From: Enoplolaimus lenunculus | Lineage: Eukaryota | Reading direction: 5' to 3' | DNA length: 64,000 nucleotides | Assembly: GCA_030248215.1 (NCBI GenBank) | Contig: JASANG010002859.1 | Location: 62,001-126,000, forward strand | The notes under the pieces: model-generated | Told to the model about the DNA's origin: nothing | What the model saw: only the letters and a program-made list of their open reading frames with translations | The model's database searches: none | Shown here: piece by piece, positions 12,301-24,786 of the stretch | Numbering within the stretch: position 1 is the first letter of the stretch | How the letters are laid out: every line of letters starts with the position of its first letter | Program-made: the position numbers and the translations under genes

Positions 12301-15300
12301 AGGTAACTCGCTCAATTTATAATGCTAATATATTTTAATTCATATAAATTGTTTGAATTCAAATAGAAAATCAATACAATTGATAAGTACTTGCTCTAGT
12401 GAAAACTGATTTTATGCTGCATAGTAGTGTAGAACCAATACATCGGTATCGGTATTGTAATCGGTATTTTGGAAGAATACTGATTCCGATACTTTCAACT
12501 TTGTATTGCACACATGAATTGCGTTAAATATATAATTGGAATGCGCAGCATTTAAAATTATGGCTGCAACAAATATTTTGTGAAAGATGCTGAATACGCA
12601 TTTGCATCAACATGCGGACGTGGAAAATTGTTTTAAACACACTTTTGTTCGTTTCCTCTTAATTGTGCAAGAAATTCTAATAATGCAATTCCATCCCCAG
12701 TCAAAACTGCGAATCCGCAACTATAAGGTATGCTTTGTAACTTATTCTTGTTTTCTTTTCGAAAACGAAAAACTAAGGCGGCCGGGCGTGGGCCTGAAAA
12801 ATCTGGGCCGGTTCATACTATAGTGAGAGCCCGCTGTGTTCGAGCGTCACGTTTTTGAAAGAGACTGCTTGCTTTGGGAACCTTATTAAATTAATGGTGT
12901 TAATTTTGCACGTCAAAATTTCTTCAAATATTCTAAACCGAGTTTTGGACATTTCAGTGCTCAACTTGGTGCTACCAATAATACATCGAGCAGCAAATCA
13001 AAACTGACATCTGTACTTTACGCGTAAACTTTGAGCTTAAATGTAAATCTAGGTTTAGAAAAAAAACCCACGCGAATGTAAAATCTAGGCACCTACTACG
13101 AATTAAATAAAAAGTGTCTCTCATACCACTGGCGGATGCAGTGGGTGCCACTCCGGAATGAACCACCACAACTTGAATCAAGAGAAAGGTTTTGCATTAT
13201 AAAGATTCAGCATTAAATTAGCGTTCGACTTCGCTCTCAAACAGTTTTCGACAGCTTGATGTTACGTCTACGTTTTCAAAAACGCGCCTTGGTAAAAATA
13301 CACATAAAATTTCAATTTTTAGTTCCCCCAGTACGACTTGAACCCGCGACCCAAAAGCTGAAAAAACGCCGTGGTATGTGAACATCATACCACTCAGCCA
13401 CAGGCGCACTTGACCGGTGTTTTTGTTTACATTGTATATACTACATATAAGATGGGCTGAAACTTTGAAAGCGCATATTTTTTAACCAACGGACCTGCAA
13501 GGATATAAATAACAGATTTGAAATCAGCTGCCTCAAATACGTCGGAAAATCACATAAAATACACATAAAATTTCAATTTTTAGTTCCCCCACTTGGACTT
13601 GAACCCGCGACCCAAAAGCTGAAAAAACGCCGTGGTATGTGAACATCATACCACTCAGCCACAGGTGCACTTGACCGGTGTTTTTGTTTACAAAATGGGC
13701 TGAGACTTTGAAAGCGCATATTTTTTAACCAGCGGCCCTACAAGAATATAAATAACAGATTTGAAATCAGCTGCCTCAAATACGTCGGAAAATCACATAA
13801 TCTTACAGTTTCTAGGGGGTCGATCTACCGTACCTTCACCAAAACTAGCTATGTTATTACTAATTTGTAATCATATAAGCCAATGTTTTTCGTAATTGTC
13901 CACTCAACATGTTTCGCATATATACGTCCTAAACAATAGTATTTTCGTTAAATAAATAGCTTAACGTATATGGTTGAGGTAACTTATGTAGCACATAAGA
14001 AATTGGATTGTTACAATATACGACTCTGTAGAACAACTTGCGACAAGATTTTAATCCAAATACCAATGCGAAATTTTGCGGTTCCGATCTTATGAAAACG
14101 TTTACGTTTAATACTTCGACAAATTTTCTTTAAATATAGCGAATGAACACCGGTTACCATGATCTTGAATGACATACGTTTGTATATATAATAGTAGAAA
14201 TAATAGACTTTTGATCGAAACATAAGAGAGACGTGAACACTTTTGGAAGAAACATATAATAGTGACATTACCGTGTCCCTATGATAATTTTTGTCGAGAT
14301 GCTGTTGGGGGGGGGGCACGGCCGGGGTGGCCCCCCGTGGATCCGCCACTGCGAATATATATCAGTAAAGAAAGACAGCGAAGGGCGGGTTAAAAATAAA
14401 TAACTGTCCGTAGCGAATAACAAGGGGGAGTACCCTCTGGAGAGGCCAAATAAATATCAGTCCCCCCTCTTATTCGGGTCACTACAGTACATAGTGGAAC
14501 AAAGTCGAAAAAATTTTTGTGGATAGAGGCGCACATTCTGGACAAATCTTACATAATTTATAAACGGAGCTAAAACTATACCCAGCGAAGGGGGTTGGGC
14601 AAAATATTTCTTGGGATACTTTGGCATGCTTACCCCTTTTGGCTAAAGCGCTTTTTATTACGTTGACTTCAAAATCTTTTTATCAGGTCGAAGATCAAAT
14701 TAGAGCTTATAATCAGACAACACTCGCCAATTATTTATCAAATTTTACCGGTTCCCTGCTGCTCGCAGATATCGAGGATCAACGGGTGTTATGGAGCGCA
14801 TACGATCCTGACGAACCGTTTGTATTTAGATCAGGCCGTCTCTGCCAAAGTAAGCAAATGCCGATGTTATAGATCGGAATCGTACCGGAACAGGTATCTA
14901 TTGGGGCCCTCTGAAAGTTCTGGATTGCGACCTCTCAAAGTAGAGGCACATCCTGCAACTCAGAAGACCTGCCGAGTTTCTAAAGAAATTAAAAGACTTT
15001 AGTACTAAAGTAGATAAGCTTTAAAAAAAATTGGCGCATGTGAACCGAGCAAGAAGCCAGACGCATTTCAAAAAACTACGACGATTTACGTTTTAACTGG
15101 TTAATAGGATGGGGGCTGCTACAAGGGGTGACGGTGCGCGGCCCTCAAAGGGGAGTGGTATGGAGGTTACTCTGCTTCAGCCCGGGATCGGTTGAACAGA
15201 TTAAGTTAAATTAATAAATTATATGTAAAACCATTGAAAAACATTTTTACTGCAAATTTTTTGAATTGAAGTCAATGCCGGTTGTGCAATCTGATTAAAT

Positions 15301-18300
15301 ATCTGAGCTTATTTTAGTTGATTTCAATGCCTGTATTGTGAGTTTTGGGTTGATCCAAAAATTTAAACTTCTGACCGCCCATAAACAACTGTTATCCGGT
15401 ATTATATCCTGGTTGCGGATGTGGTTCAATTATGTCGTTTCATAAATTTTAGATGTTCGCGCTAAAGAACAGCCTGTCGTGTACAAAGGTGATGCTCATG
15501 ATTTTTTTGTATTCCCATTCCGTTACAATATCGTTCGTAATATGCCTAAACCCGAAGTACTCATATCGCCATACTTAGGAATTGAAGTCGGAGACAGCTT
15601 TCAAGAAATCATGTACACAGGTAAAAATGTATATTTTACGTCACAGTTGAAGCGCATGTAAACCATAATACAAGTAACATTGTTCAGAACAGAGTTGTTT
15701 TTTTCGGAAAAAATTATGACCGGAAAAAAAGAATTGTTTTATGTTTTTTTGTTTTCTTTCATAGCTTTTGTGTTTTTTTGAGAATATCTGCGTGTAGTTA
15801 GAAAACGCAGTAAAAATTCAACGCTAAGGTTTAATTTGTGCCCAAATATGTATTGGTTGCTACTGCTGTCCTGAACTGCAAAAATTCGATTCCAGTTTCT
15901 GTTCTTTGTTCCTGCACTCAAAGATGCAGCAACCGAAATTTTGTTACTGTTTTGCGCAAATTATTCATAACCATTTGAATATTTGAAAATTATTTCTGGA
16001 AGTTGCAGCACATTTAACGATAATTTTTCAGTATTCACATTTTATCACAGTTTAATTTTGTAATGAAATCTTGCCTTATAACCGTACATTTTCATTGTTT
16101 TGAAATTCGCGGAACCCCTCCCCAGGACGTCTTACTGCAAACTCCAGTTCACGCAAAAATTAATGACCTTTGAGCGGGTGTACTTCTTCTTTGACTGCAC
16201 CCTGCGCCTGCCAGTTACTATACACCTTTTTGTGATGTAAACCAAGGCCAATCCACAATACAATGGACAATTTTAGAAAAGTTTTCACTGAACCCAGCAG
16301 AAAAACTAATGACGTTTAATAGGTGGGTCGCGTGTTAAGCTCGTTTTACAACACTGTAAATTCCAGTGAGTTGATTTTAACTCAGAGTGAGTTGAATTCA
16401 CTCAGAAGCCTGAGCTCTGAATTAGGTCTTTCAGAACTCACCATTCTGAATTGACTGAACTCATTATGAGTTAATTAATCAATTCACCCAGAATTAAATC
16501 AGCTCAGACTGAATTATTATTTGCTGTTATTAACTCAGAAATAACCAGAAATAACTAATTCTCACTCTGAGTTAATTAATCAACTCATTGAAATTTACAG
16601 TGAATGTTTACAATAGTATAGCCGCGGGTGGAAAATGACTTTCTTGGGCAAAGCGCGAGTCAGGCAAAAAAATTCTGTACCCACATTTACACCTCTGCTC
16701 ACTGCTCTACTAGCGATGCGGATTTCCTCTGTCCACAAAATATTCCTGATTCAATATCAAATCGCTGCTAAAGTTGGAATTTTTGTACGTATAAATCTGA
16801 TTGAAAGCCAAAAGTTTAGCTAAAAATATATATTCAGTATACAACTGCTAAAATTGCAGATATGTTCGACTCTGCGTACGATCTGTACTACAAACCAGAT
16901 ATGAATTCGGGCATGTTCATTGTTAATATTCGTCTTAAAGTTCAAACGTGGCGTCATTTAAATCAACGCAAAAAGCCTTGTATTCCGGTGAAAAATCCTC
17001 AACGCAACCGATTTTTGGCTGGACATTACGCATTACACTGTCAACATTTGTGTTATGATGACGCCCATCGTTCTGTATGTTGTATCGATCGCCCATATTC
17101 TCAAATGCATATAACACCGATCATCAGTTAGTAATAGGTTTTCAATCTAACGAACTGGTGCAATTGCAGAGTGCAAAATTTGCACAAGAGTAGCAAAAAT
17201 TGAAAGCAATAAATGTGCTGAATTTCAACGCTCAACATTTGCGGGTTCGAAAGTTACAAGACCTATCATCAACTGGTAATAGATGCTACTCACATTTGAG
17301 AATACGGGCTTAATTTTCTACAGTTTGGAGTATAACATTGAGATTGAACGCATTTAAATTTAAAATTTAAAATTTTGATTCGTTAAACCCTATTGCTCCT
17401 TTGTACCTTTCTATTTGAACCAATTGTGCACAGTGTTCGCTAAATAATCAACCGAAAACATGCTTCGGAACCGGACGTCAACACTTTTTACCGGAACTAC
17501 ACAGCAAAAAATTGTGAGTCAAATTGAGTCTCTCCGAAATAGGCTTTTCCTGACTACACAAACTGAGTCAAATTCGGCTCCACCAGAATCAAATGTGCGA
17601 CTCAGTGCGTCGAATTTGAATCGGCCGGAGTCGAATTTGACTCATTTTGTGTAGTGCCGTAAAGCCTATAGAGAGTTGCCGTAGAGCCTATAGAGAGTGA
17701 ATTTGACTCACCATTTTTTGCAGCGTAGAGGTTACGTAAAGTTAGGTACAGGTATACTGAAAATGATTAACTTAATTTAATTAATAATCTACAGAGTTCT
17801 ACAAAGTTTAACTGTTAAACTTCTTATTTGAGAAATCTTGACAACTAAATATTTTAAAATTTGGTCAAGCAAACTCAAACAATCACACAACTTTTAACGC
17901 CTTTTCACATAGATTTGACTATGGGCAACTCAGCGCAGTGTATATACATTAAATAATATATATCGCACAGTGTTTAACAATTGCAACACGTATACATAGT
18001 ACTAAATCACCGCAAGACGTAAGAGCACCCTCGAGCTCGAGCATCAAGCTCCTACAGCTCAGTGGTAATGGTAAACGCCTCCCACTCCAGTTACTGGAGT
18101 TCGAATCCTAGCATAAAAGTAGGTCTCCGATGAAATAGAAAATATTCATGTGATAAAGGATTAAGTGAAAAATTCACTCTACTATCTATAACCCCTTCTT
18201 ACATAGAGTTGACTATGGGCAACTCAGCGCAGTGTATATAAGTTAAATAATATATATCGCACTGTGTTTAACAATTTCAACACGTATACATAGTACTAAA

Positions 18301-21300
18301 TCATCGCAAGACGTGAGAGCCCCCTCGAGCTCGAGCATCAAGCTCCTACAGCTCAGTGGTAATGGTAAACGCCTCCCACTCCAGTTACTGGAGTTCGAAT
18401 ACTAGCATAAAAGTAGGTCTCAGGGGAAATAGAAAATATTCATGTGATAAAGGGTTAAGTGAAAAATTCACTCTACTATCTATAACCCCTTCTCACAGAG
18501 AGTTGACTATGGGCAACTTAGCGCAGTGTATATACGATAAATAATATATATCGCGCGGTGTTTAACAATTGCAACACGTATACATGGTACTAAATCACCA
18601 CAAGACGTGAGAGCCCCCTCGGGCTCGAGCATCAAGCTCCTACAGCTGAGTGGTAATGGTTAACGCCTCCCACTCCGGTCACTGGTGTTCGAATCCTACC
18701 ATAAAAGTAGGTCTCAGATGAAGTAGAAAATATTCATGTGATAAAGGGTTAACTAAAAATAGGAAAATGTAAATTCTACCTCAACCGGCGTTAGAGGCCG
18801 ACCACTTTCTATTGAAGCACCAAAGTCAGAGGCAGGTTTCAGGTCATTTTCTGGACTGGAATTTGGTCATGAAATCTCGCCGACCAATCATAAGATCAAA
18901 AATAATTGGTTTCAAATGTGTACCACAGCGGCAATATACTAGTATTATAATATTTGTATCTTATAGGTATTCAGCAATAACTGTTCGTTATTGCGTAACT
19001 ATAGCTCAATACGTCCATGCTCGTTTTCAAGCTTTGACGGCAAACCAGACACAAATATATCAGAGTTAACGGAAGGAACATCTCTCAAAGAAACATTTGA
19101 TAAATGTGTGAACAAAAGTCTGTGTTCAGCGTAAGTTCTTAAGGTCGAGTGTTGGTATTAGGATCATATCATTTCATGTTCATTTCATGTAGCGTTCACA
19201 TTATAAAATTTGATCTGGCCACAAAAAGTGTCACAGTTTTATGCTACTTTAAAATTTGCAATGTTTTAGCGTCTCATTTTAGCTACACGTTAGGTTGTTC
19301 TTAAATAGGAAACGCGTTTATTAGCAGACGGTTCATACGGACTACGCTGTCAGTCCACCAAATATAAGCGTTTGTTCCAGGCCAAACCTGATTTTCAAAT
19401 ACCCATTGAGATAATGTAGTCAAATTTTTATTATGATAAAACCAATACTTCAAACGAGGAACGCGTCGTAGGCAGTATTTGTTCATACGAAATCGTCTTG
19501 CATCCATGGTGCCACCGGAATTATAAAATACCGGAACTGGAAAGTTAAAAAATACCGGAACTGGAAAACAAAAATTCTTGTTATCGAAAAATTCATGTTT
19601 AACGCTATTTTAGCGCATTTAACGGTGGAAACATACCATTTAGGATGCCAAAATCACGAAACAAATGCAGTAACTGAAAATGTATGATCAATTATAAAGT
19701 ATGACACAAATAATGATTTTGGCAATACATGCTTGCATAAATTTAGAAAAACACGTTAGAATATGTCACTTTTTCGTAAATTTTCGAATGAAAAAAATAT
19801 TCAATACCAAAAATGCCGGAAAATTCCAGTGAAAAAATACCCATTTTTTTACCGGAACCGGATAGGGAAAAATACCGGATTTGGCTACCGGAACCGGAAT
19901 TCCAGTTACATCCTGCTTGCCGCATGGAGAAATTCAGTTCAAAGTACTTATGAGTTCGTTGTACTGCTAAATTTGCTTACATAAACTTGATTTTAGACAA
20001 GATTTCGAACTTTTACTCCTGTTAAATTCCACGAGGTTCATACTTAAGATAAGTAATGGTGATTGTGAGAAGTTCGTGATTTTGACTTAAGCCTGTATCG
20101 CCTGTTATGTTCTTTCCTCGATGTATGCTTATCGCTCTGATTTAGTAAACGCGGCCGGTAAATGTTTATTAAAACCCAACCCAAATCCTGTATAAGACCA
20201 AATATCCAATATTAACACCAGCAAATTACAGGTTATGCAATTTAACTGGCAACCCGAGCAGGAATCCTTAAAGCCGACGCCTGAATCTGGTTTAATCCAG
20301 CCACTGGCTTTACCGTTACTAATATTTTTGCCGTTTTCCAGAATCCGTGCAATTCTAACCCCGTTAGAATTACACCTGGTTAAACCGTGTACTCTAACCC
20401 CGTTAGAGTTACACCAAATTTCCGACCAATCTAACCCCGTTAGATTTGGCCAAGCCGTTGTAGAATAATAAATCTAACCCCGTTAGATTTATTAGACTAC
20501 TTTTTCCCAGGTTTCCTTAATATCCCCAAATCCTTTAACACATGACACCAGTATTCTATACTGGGTAAACCTGCGCCTTGCGCAATACAGCCGTATCCGT
20601 AATCCCCGAATTTCCTTCACATACTTATGCCACCGTGACAATCTTAAATTAATTCAACTAATCCCTACTTACCAAGGTTCCGTTCAAGTTCAACCGTGTA
20701 CACGCTCCACAAATAACAGGTAAACAATTATGCAAAGTTCGCCGAAAAGTAACACACTGATCCGTACTAGCTCAAGATTAATAATGATTCCGGTCCTGGC
20801 TACCTTTCCTGCATCTCGACCTCATTTGCATTTCTGCCGACACCCACAATTGGGTGTCCGCGTTGCGTTTGAGGTCCAGAGCCAATCACCCAGTTCGAAT
20901 CCTGTACACCCACACAACCATGTACAACAACAACAACAATCCACCAATCATGTCGGACACTCACGACATGATGACTTAGACTAGCTAAGTCGTTAACCGC
21001 AAATCTAGCCGTCACATTTATACAACATTATTCAATGGCCACGCAGGGCCCCAGGTAAGTTTACATTGCGGACACAGCCGCCATAGCATAGTTTTACCAA
21101 TTTCTACGCCTTGTAGCAACGCCTAAGCCTAACTTAAGTTCTAAGAGAGACTAGGTGGAGCCAGGGACTCCCTTAAGGTGTGGTTTTGATATAGGGTTTT
21201 ATTTTATATTTTAGTTTTAGTTTGAAATAGGTTTAAGTGTGGCACAGCCACCTACATCCCCCCTTCGGCACAGATGCCGACCCTGGCATCGAACAAAATT

Positions 21301-23543
21301 TTATGGCCCTATTTACTGCCTTTTTTGCCGTCGCTAAAAAGCGTAAATCCACCCAATAATAAAAATTAATAACAATAACAATAACAATTTTTCATCATTT
21401 TCTTTCTTTATATTACTTTTTTTTATTTTTAAAGTTTTTGCCGAATAACAATAACAAGACCATCAAACGACCCACGACAAACTTGCCACTGCGTCCAATA
21501 ATCCCAATACGAAACCGCGTACCAGCGCACCCCCAGCACCCGTTTAACTTTACCCCCGACGACCATTACCACATTAACACCCCATAACAGCCCAAATAAA
21601 GTCAATGCTTGCTATATTTATTTTTTAATCATACTAAAAATTCATTATTTTAATTTTCAGTTACAAAGATTGCCAGGATTGGTTGTTTGAAATTGACGAA
21701 TACACAGTTCCAAGGCCTCATCAGCATCGAACAACACTTGTTCCCAATAGTCAAGGTGAGTGCAATACGTTTGAATTTCAGTTTTAGTTATATAAATTTT
21801 GAGCTTCAACAATCAATTTTAGGTTTAGGTTAAAGACATGATGCCGGTTTAAATCTGAAGACATTACAATTACTTAAGGGTCTCACTGCGAACATTACAA
21901 TACGTTTCTTTCATGAACTCAGTATATTAACCCCTTTCACATTCAGTTGCTTTTATAGGCAACCCAACGCAGTGTATATACGTTAAATAATATATATCGC
22001 ACCGTGTTTAACAATTGTAACACGTATACATAGTACTAAATCACCACAAGATGTGAGAGCCCCCTCGGGCTCGAGCGTCAAGCTCCTATAGCTGAGTGCT
22101 GATGGTATACGTCTCCCACTCCAGTCACTGGAGTTCGAATCTTAGCATAAAAGTAGGCCTCAGGGGAAATACAAAATATTCATGTGAGAAAGGGTTAAGC
22201 GAAAAATTTTCAGTTTACTATCTTTAACGTGAACACCGTATTGTAAATTAGACATGATTAATTGCTGCTAGCAGCGTTCCGCCGGTTCCTATTTATTTCC
22301 TATTATGAAACCACGTAACTGCCAGGGTGTAACCGGATAATGCTGTTGTTTTTATGTTCATATTTATTGAAGCAAATCGCTTCAGAAGCACGGCCAATGT
22401 AAAGAACAGGGTCGAAACAGTATTATAAGAGTACTTATTCCTAAAGCCTAAAGCCTAAGCCTATGCATAAGAATGAGCATATTCCAAAGCATAAGCCTAA
22501 GCCTAAGCCAAGCAAAAAAATAGTCTAAAGCTTAAGCTTACTCTTTTCTAGTCCCACAAAAAATGTTCTATTTCTGATCTGTACATGGGCCAAAATCGCT
22601 CAGATTTTGAACACAAGTTATCTGCAATGGTTAGATTTGGAAAAATATTTACTGAAATACGTGCAAAATCAATGCATCCGCTATTTTAACGGCACAATTT
22701 TACAAAACCAATCAAATATTTGCATACGTCATTTGGGTTTGGCGAAAGAATAAAAACAATTTTTTAAACATTTCTACTTAAATATCCGTTTTCCGTTTTC
22801 GTTAGCTTCATCGTTATCGGTTTGCCGTTTGTTTTTTGCTATGCGTCTTTAAGCCGTAATTATTTTGTTTTTACTATTTGATTTTTTTAGAACATTACAA
22901 AGCAATGGTACATCAAATTGAAATAACATTCCGATCCGGAGTTCAGTACGAAGATTACTTACTTGTCAATGATCAGGCTTTTATTGGAGGCGTCGGCGGT
23001 ATATTTGGCTTATTCATTGGTGCTTCAATAATTTCATTCATTCAACTGTTTGTGTATGGAATTAAATTTTTCGCCATTAAATTTTGTACCACACGCCGCC
23101 CTTATGCCAATCCAACCGCAATCAATCATTCCGACAGTGGCCATGTCGGCGGTGACCCGTTCAACAGCTCAGCGCAAAACTCGCTTCATTTAGGCCCGGC
23201 CTACAACAGTATGGCCCAGTATCAGTCCCATCAACTTTCACAGCCTCCCCCGCCGTTATCACATAATTCATGTTATCATAAACAACAACAACAACAACAT
23301 ATGCATCATGTACATTTTAGTAAAAGTCATAAAATCAGCAAAACTTATAATGATATTGGACAATCATCAGCGGGGCAACAGCATCATTGTGGGTGCAACA
23401 GTTATCGACCAGGTAATACTGTATCCCCTACGACAGGATTTACGTCTATGCAACCGCCTGCGTATGAATGGTCGGTTAATCATGATCGCTCGCAGCCGAA
23501 CGAACCTGACGGATTGCGGTTTACATATTCTGAATATAAATAG
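6334..23543 (+). CDS. DEG/ENaC/ASIC-family ion channel subunit, 10 exons (6334-6526, 6913-7046, 8404-8679, 14687-14849, 15453-15620, 16860-17126, 17170-17275, 19032-19130, 21661-21755, 22891-23543), 717 aa
   Basis: The N-terminal FFQRTTIHGV carries the HG motif and precedes TM1 (KVMWVVLLLAAVGMACFQ). The ectodomain has a Cys-rich segment (CQHLCYDD..CC..CKIC..C). TM2 GGVGGIFGLFIGASIISFIQ has the GAS motif. All introns are GT-AG with matching phases, and the exons sum to 2154 nt (718 codons). Confidence 0.88.
7126..7499 (-). mobile_element. Family P subfamily B MITE with a tandemly duplicated tRNA-like module
   Basis: TTAA flanks; a ~110-bp module is repeated (7141-7250 and 7251-7360); closely similar to 29818-30085. 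Confidence 0.75.
8775..10034 (+). repeat. 42-bp minisatellite with 30 units, inside a family T MITE (8765-10132)
   Basis: Unit TAGAACAGGGCC(G/A)GAACAnnAGTATA(A/G)GCATATTCCTAAGCC. It explains the repetitive ORFs 8762-9580 and 8686-9645. Confidence 0.95.
10938..12118. repeat. Long inverted repeat, 237-bp arms (10938-11174 / 11882-12118)
   Basis: The arms are reverse complements with about 3 mismatches. Confidence 0.9.
13299..13800 (-). repeat. Tandem ~260-bp duplication, each copy containing a tRNA-like (SINE-head-like) A/B box
   Basis: The minus strand reads TGGCTGAGTGG...GGGTTCAAGTC in both copies. Confidence 0.65.
16352..16602. mobile_element. CMC (EnSpm/Mirage)-like MITE, family D; others at ~47151-47403, 47935-48184, 48442-48724, 55692-55937, 56336-56565, 57338-57590, 58153-58381, 59281-59739 (two pieces), 59912-60165, 62691-62942
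   Basis: TIR CACTGTAAATT(C/T)CA(G/A)TGAGTTGATT; internal ACTCAG/TGAGTT subrepeats; variable 2-bp TSDs (AA, TG, TA) match at most copies. Confidence 0.8.
17898..18748 (+). mobile_element. Three head-to-tail family P MITEs (17898-18160, 18192-18454, 18486-18748; period 294 bp)
   Basis: Three near-identical units joined by the identical linker ttaagtgaaaaattcactctactatctataa. Confidence 0.88.
20094..21256 (-). mobile_element. LTR of a truncated LTR retrotransposon, with a polypurine tract (21257-21265) and ~350 bp of adjacent internal remnant
   Basis: TGTA...TACA termini. On the minus strand AAGGGGGGA lies immediately before TGTAGG, and AATAAA lies at 20165-20170 near the 3' end. Composition differs from the flanks. 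No second LTR or TSD was seen. Confidence 0.6.
21931..22194 (+). mobile_element. Family P MITE
   Basis: TTAA-CCCC...GGG-TTAA ends with the same internal sequence. Confidence 0.85.
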
Positions 23544-23606
23544 GTTTAAGGCTTAGGCTTAGACTTAGGCTTAGGTTTAGGCTTAGGCTTAGGCTTACGC
23601 TTAGGC
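23541..23606 (+). repeat. Interstitial degenerate (TTAGGC)n tract, about 11 units
   Basis: The sequence taggtttaaggcttaggcttagacttaggcttaggtttaggcttaggcttaggcttacgcttaggc has no family T TIRs nearby. Confidence 0.85.
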
Positions 23607-24786
23607 ATCGCTTATGGTCGCAACGACGCGCCGGTACAAGTCACAGCAGCGACTTCCCAATTCCGAATATTCCATTCTGTTTGTTAGGTAAACGACATTG
23701 CTCCATCGAGCCATCGTTTAAGCGATATGAGAGCCAGGGAGTCTACATGCTCTGGAGTCGCGAATTCAATTTTGTTGACAAATGACGTATACTTTACCGT
23801 CGGTAAACTTCATGCAAGTATTATGCTAATATGCAATATTTTAGTCGTTTTTTTAAAACGCCGACATCTGATCCAAATTGATCAGTACGCTACCGTATGG
23901 AGGGCGGCGATTTTCAATGAGCAATCTAAGCTTTGAAGTTTAACACATCCTGCTGTAAACCATACGTTATGGTGTAATGTCAGTCCCACGTTACCACTGG
24001 TTCGGCTTGCACATCAAAAATGTCCACACCATTTCAGTGTTCCGCGGACACTATTAGAGTACGTAAAAGTCGTTCGAACACTTTATATGCAGGACGAACC
24101 AAGTGTAACGTGGGACTGACATCAGCAAAGGATATCGTTATAATTGCACCAGGATAAAGCGTTCCAGTTACAGTATGGATGTTGTCAGGAAGTTTATTCA
24201 TAACCGTCTCTTTGTTCAATATTTGGCTGTGTATATGAAACAGTTGCATGCCCAGCTTCAATCGGGATTTTTGGGCTCACATACACTGTTGGAAATAGCC
24301 GAAAAGGCACAACTGACGAAGTAGTCATAACCTGTGAAACATTGAAATGAACACCCAAATTATATTCGGCTGCCTGCTGTTAAGTCCAAACCTAGGCCTT
24401 CGTCTAAACTTGAGCTTAAACCTTAGAGCAAAGCCGTCCATGCTCTAAGTCCTCCAAGCCGGTACAATTAAAACGGATCGAAAGTGACATTGCTAAAGAT
24501 TGTTCTAACTCAGGAGACATGTGGTGCTTAATCAGGTATAACGAAAACATACCTATCACCAGCGCAATAGGATACCTTCAAGTGGGGCACACCGGGAGTT
24601 CACGCGACATAAAATGTAAAAATTGCCCTCCCACGCTTTTTCCAGATGGTTCTGGCCTGCTCTGGTTTCCTCATTGGTTGCGGGCCCGAGCGATATTTTT
24701 CTAATGTACTCGCCTGGCTTCGAAGAGCTGTGTATGCAAAGCTACCTAAATCTGCAGTTCAGCTCTATGCAAGCAATTACGTGCAT

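Larger units (their letters stand above)
10627..14351. mobile_element. 3.7-kb non-autonomous hAT-type element nested in a family E MITE
   Basis: TIR CAGTGGCGGATCCA / TGGATCCGCCACTG and a perfect 8-bp TSD CGAATATA (10619-10626, 14352-14359). The flanks rejoin into one family E MITE (~10339-14489). No transposase ORF was seen. Confidence 0.85.

Noticed and set aside
10627..14351. Autonomous transposase inside the hAT element
   Set aside because: No long ORF or recognisable transposase motif was found.
20347..20500. Mini-CRISPR reading of the palindromic repeats with variable spacers
   Set aside because: The repeat is only 15 bp, the 'spacers' are extensions of the stems, and no cas genes are present. 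It is kept as a hairpin array.
21850..21926. Possible extra channel exon (LKGLTANITIRFFHELS)
   Set aside because: There is no phase-compatible acceptor, and exon 9 joins the last exon directly in frame.
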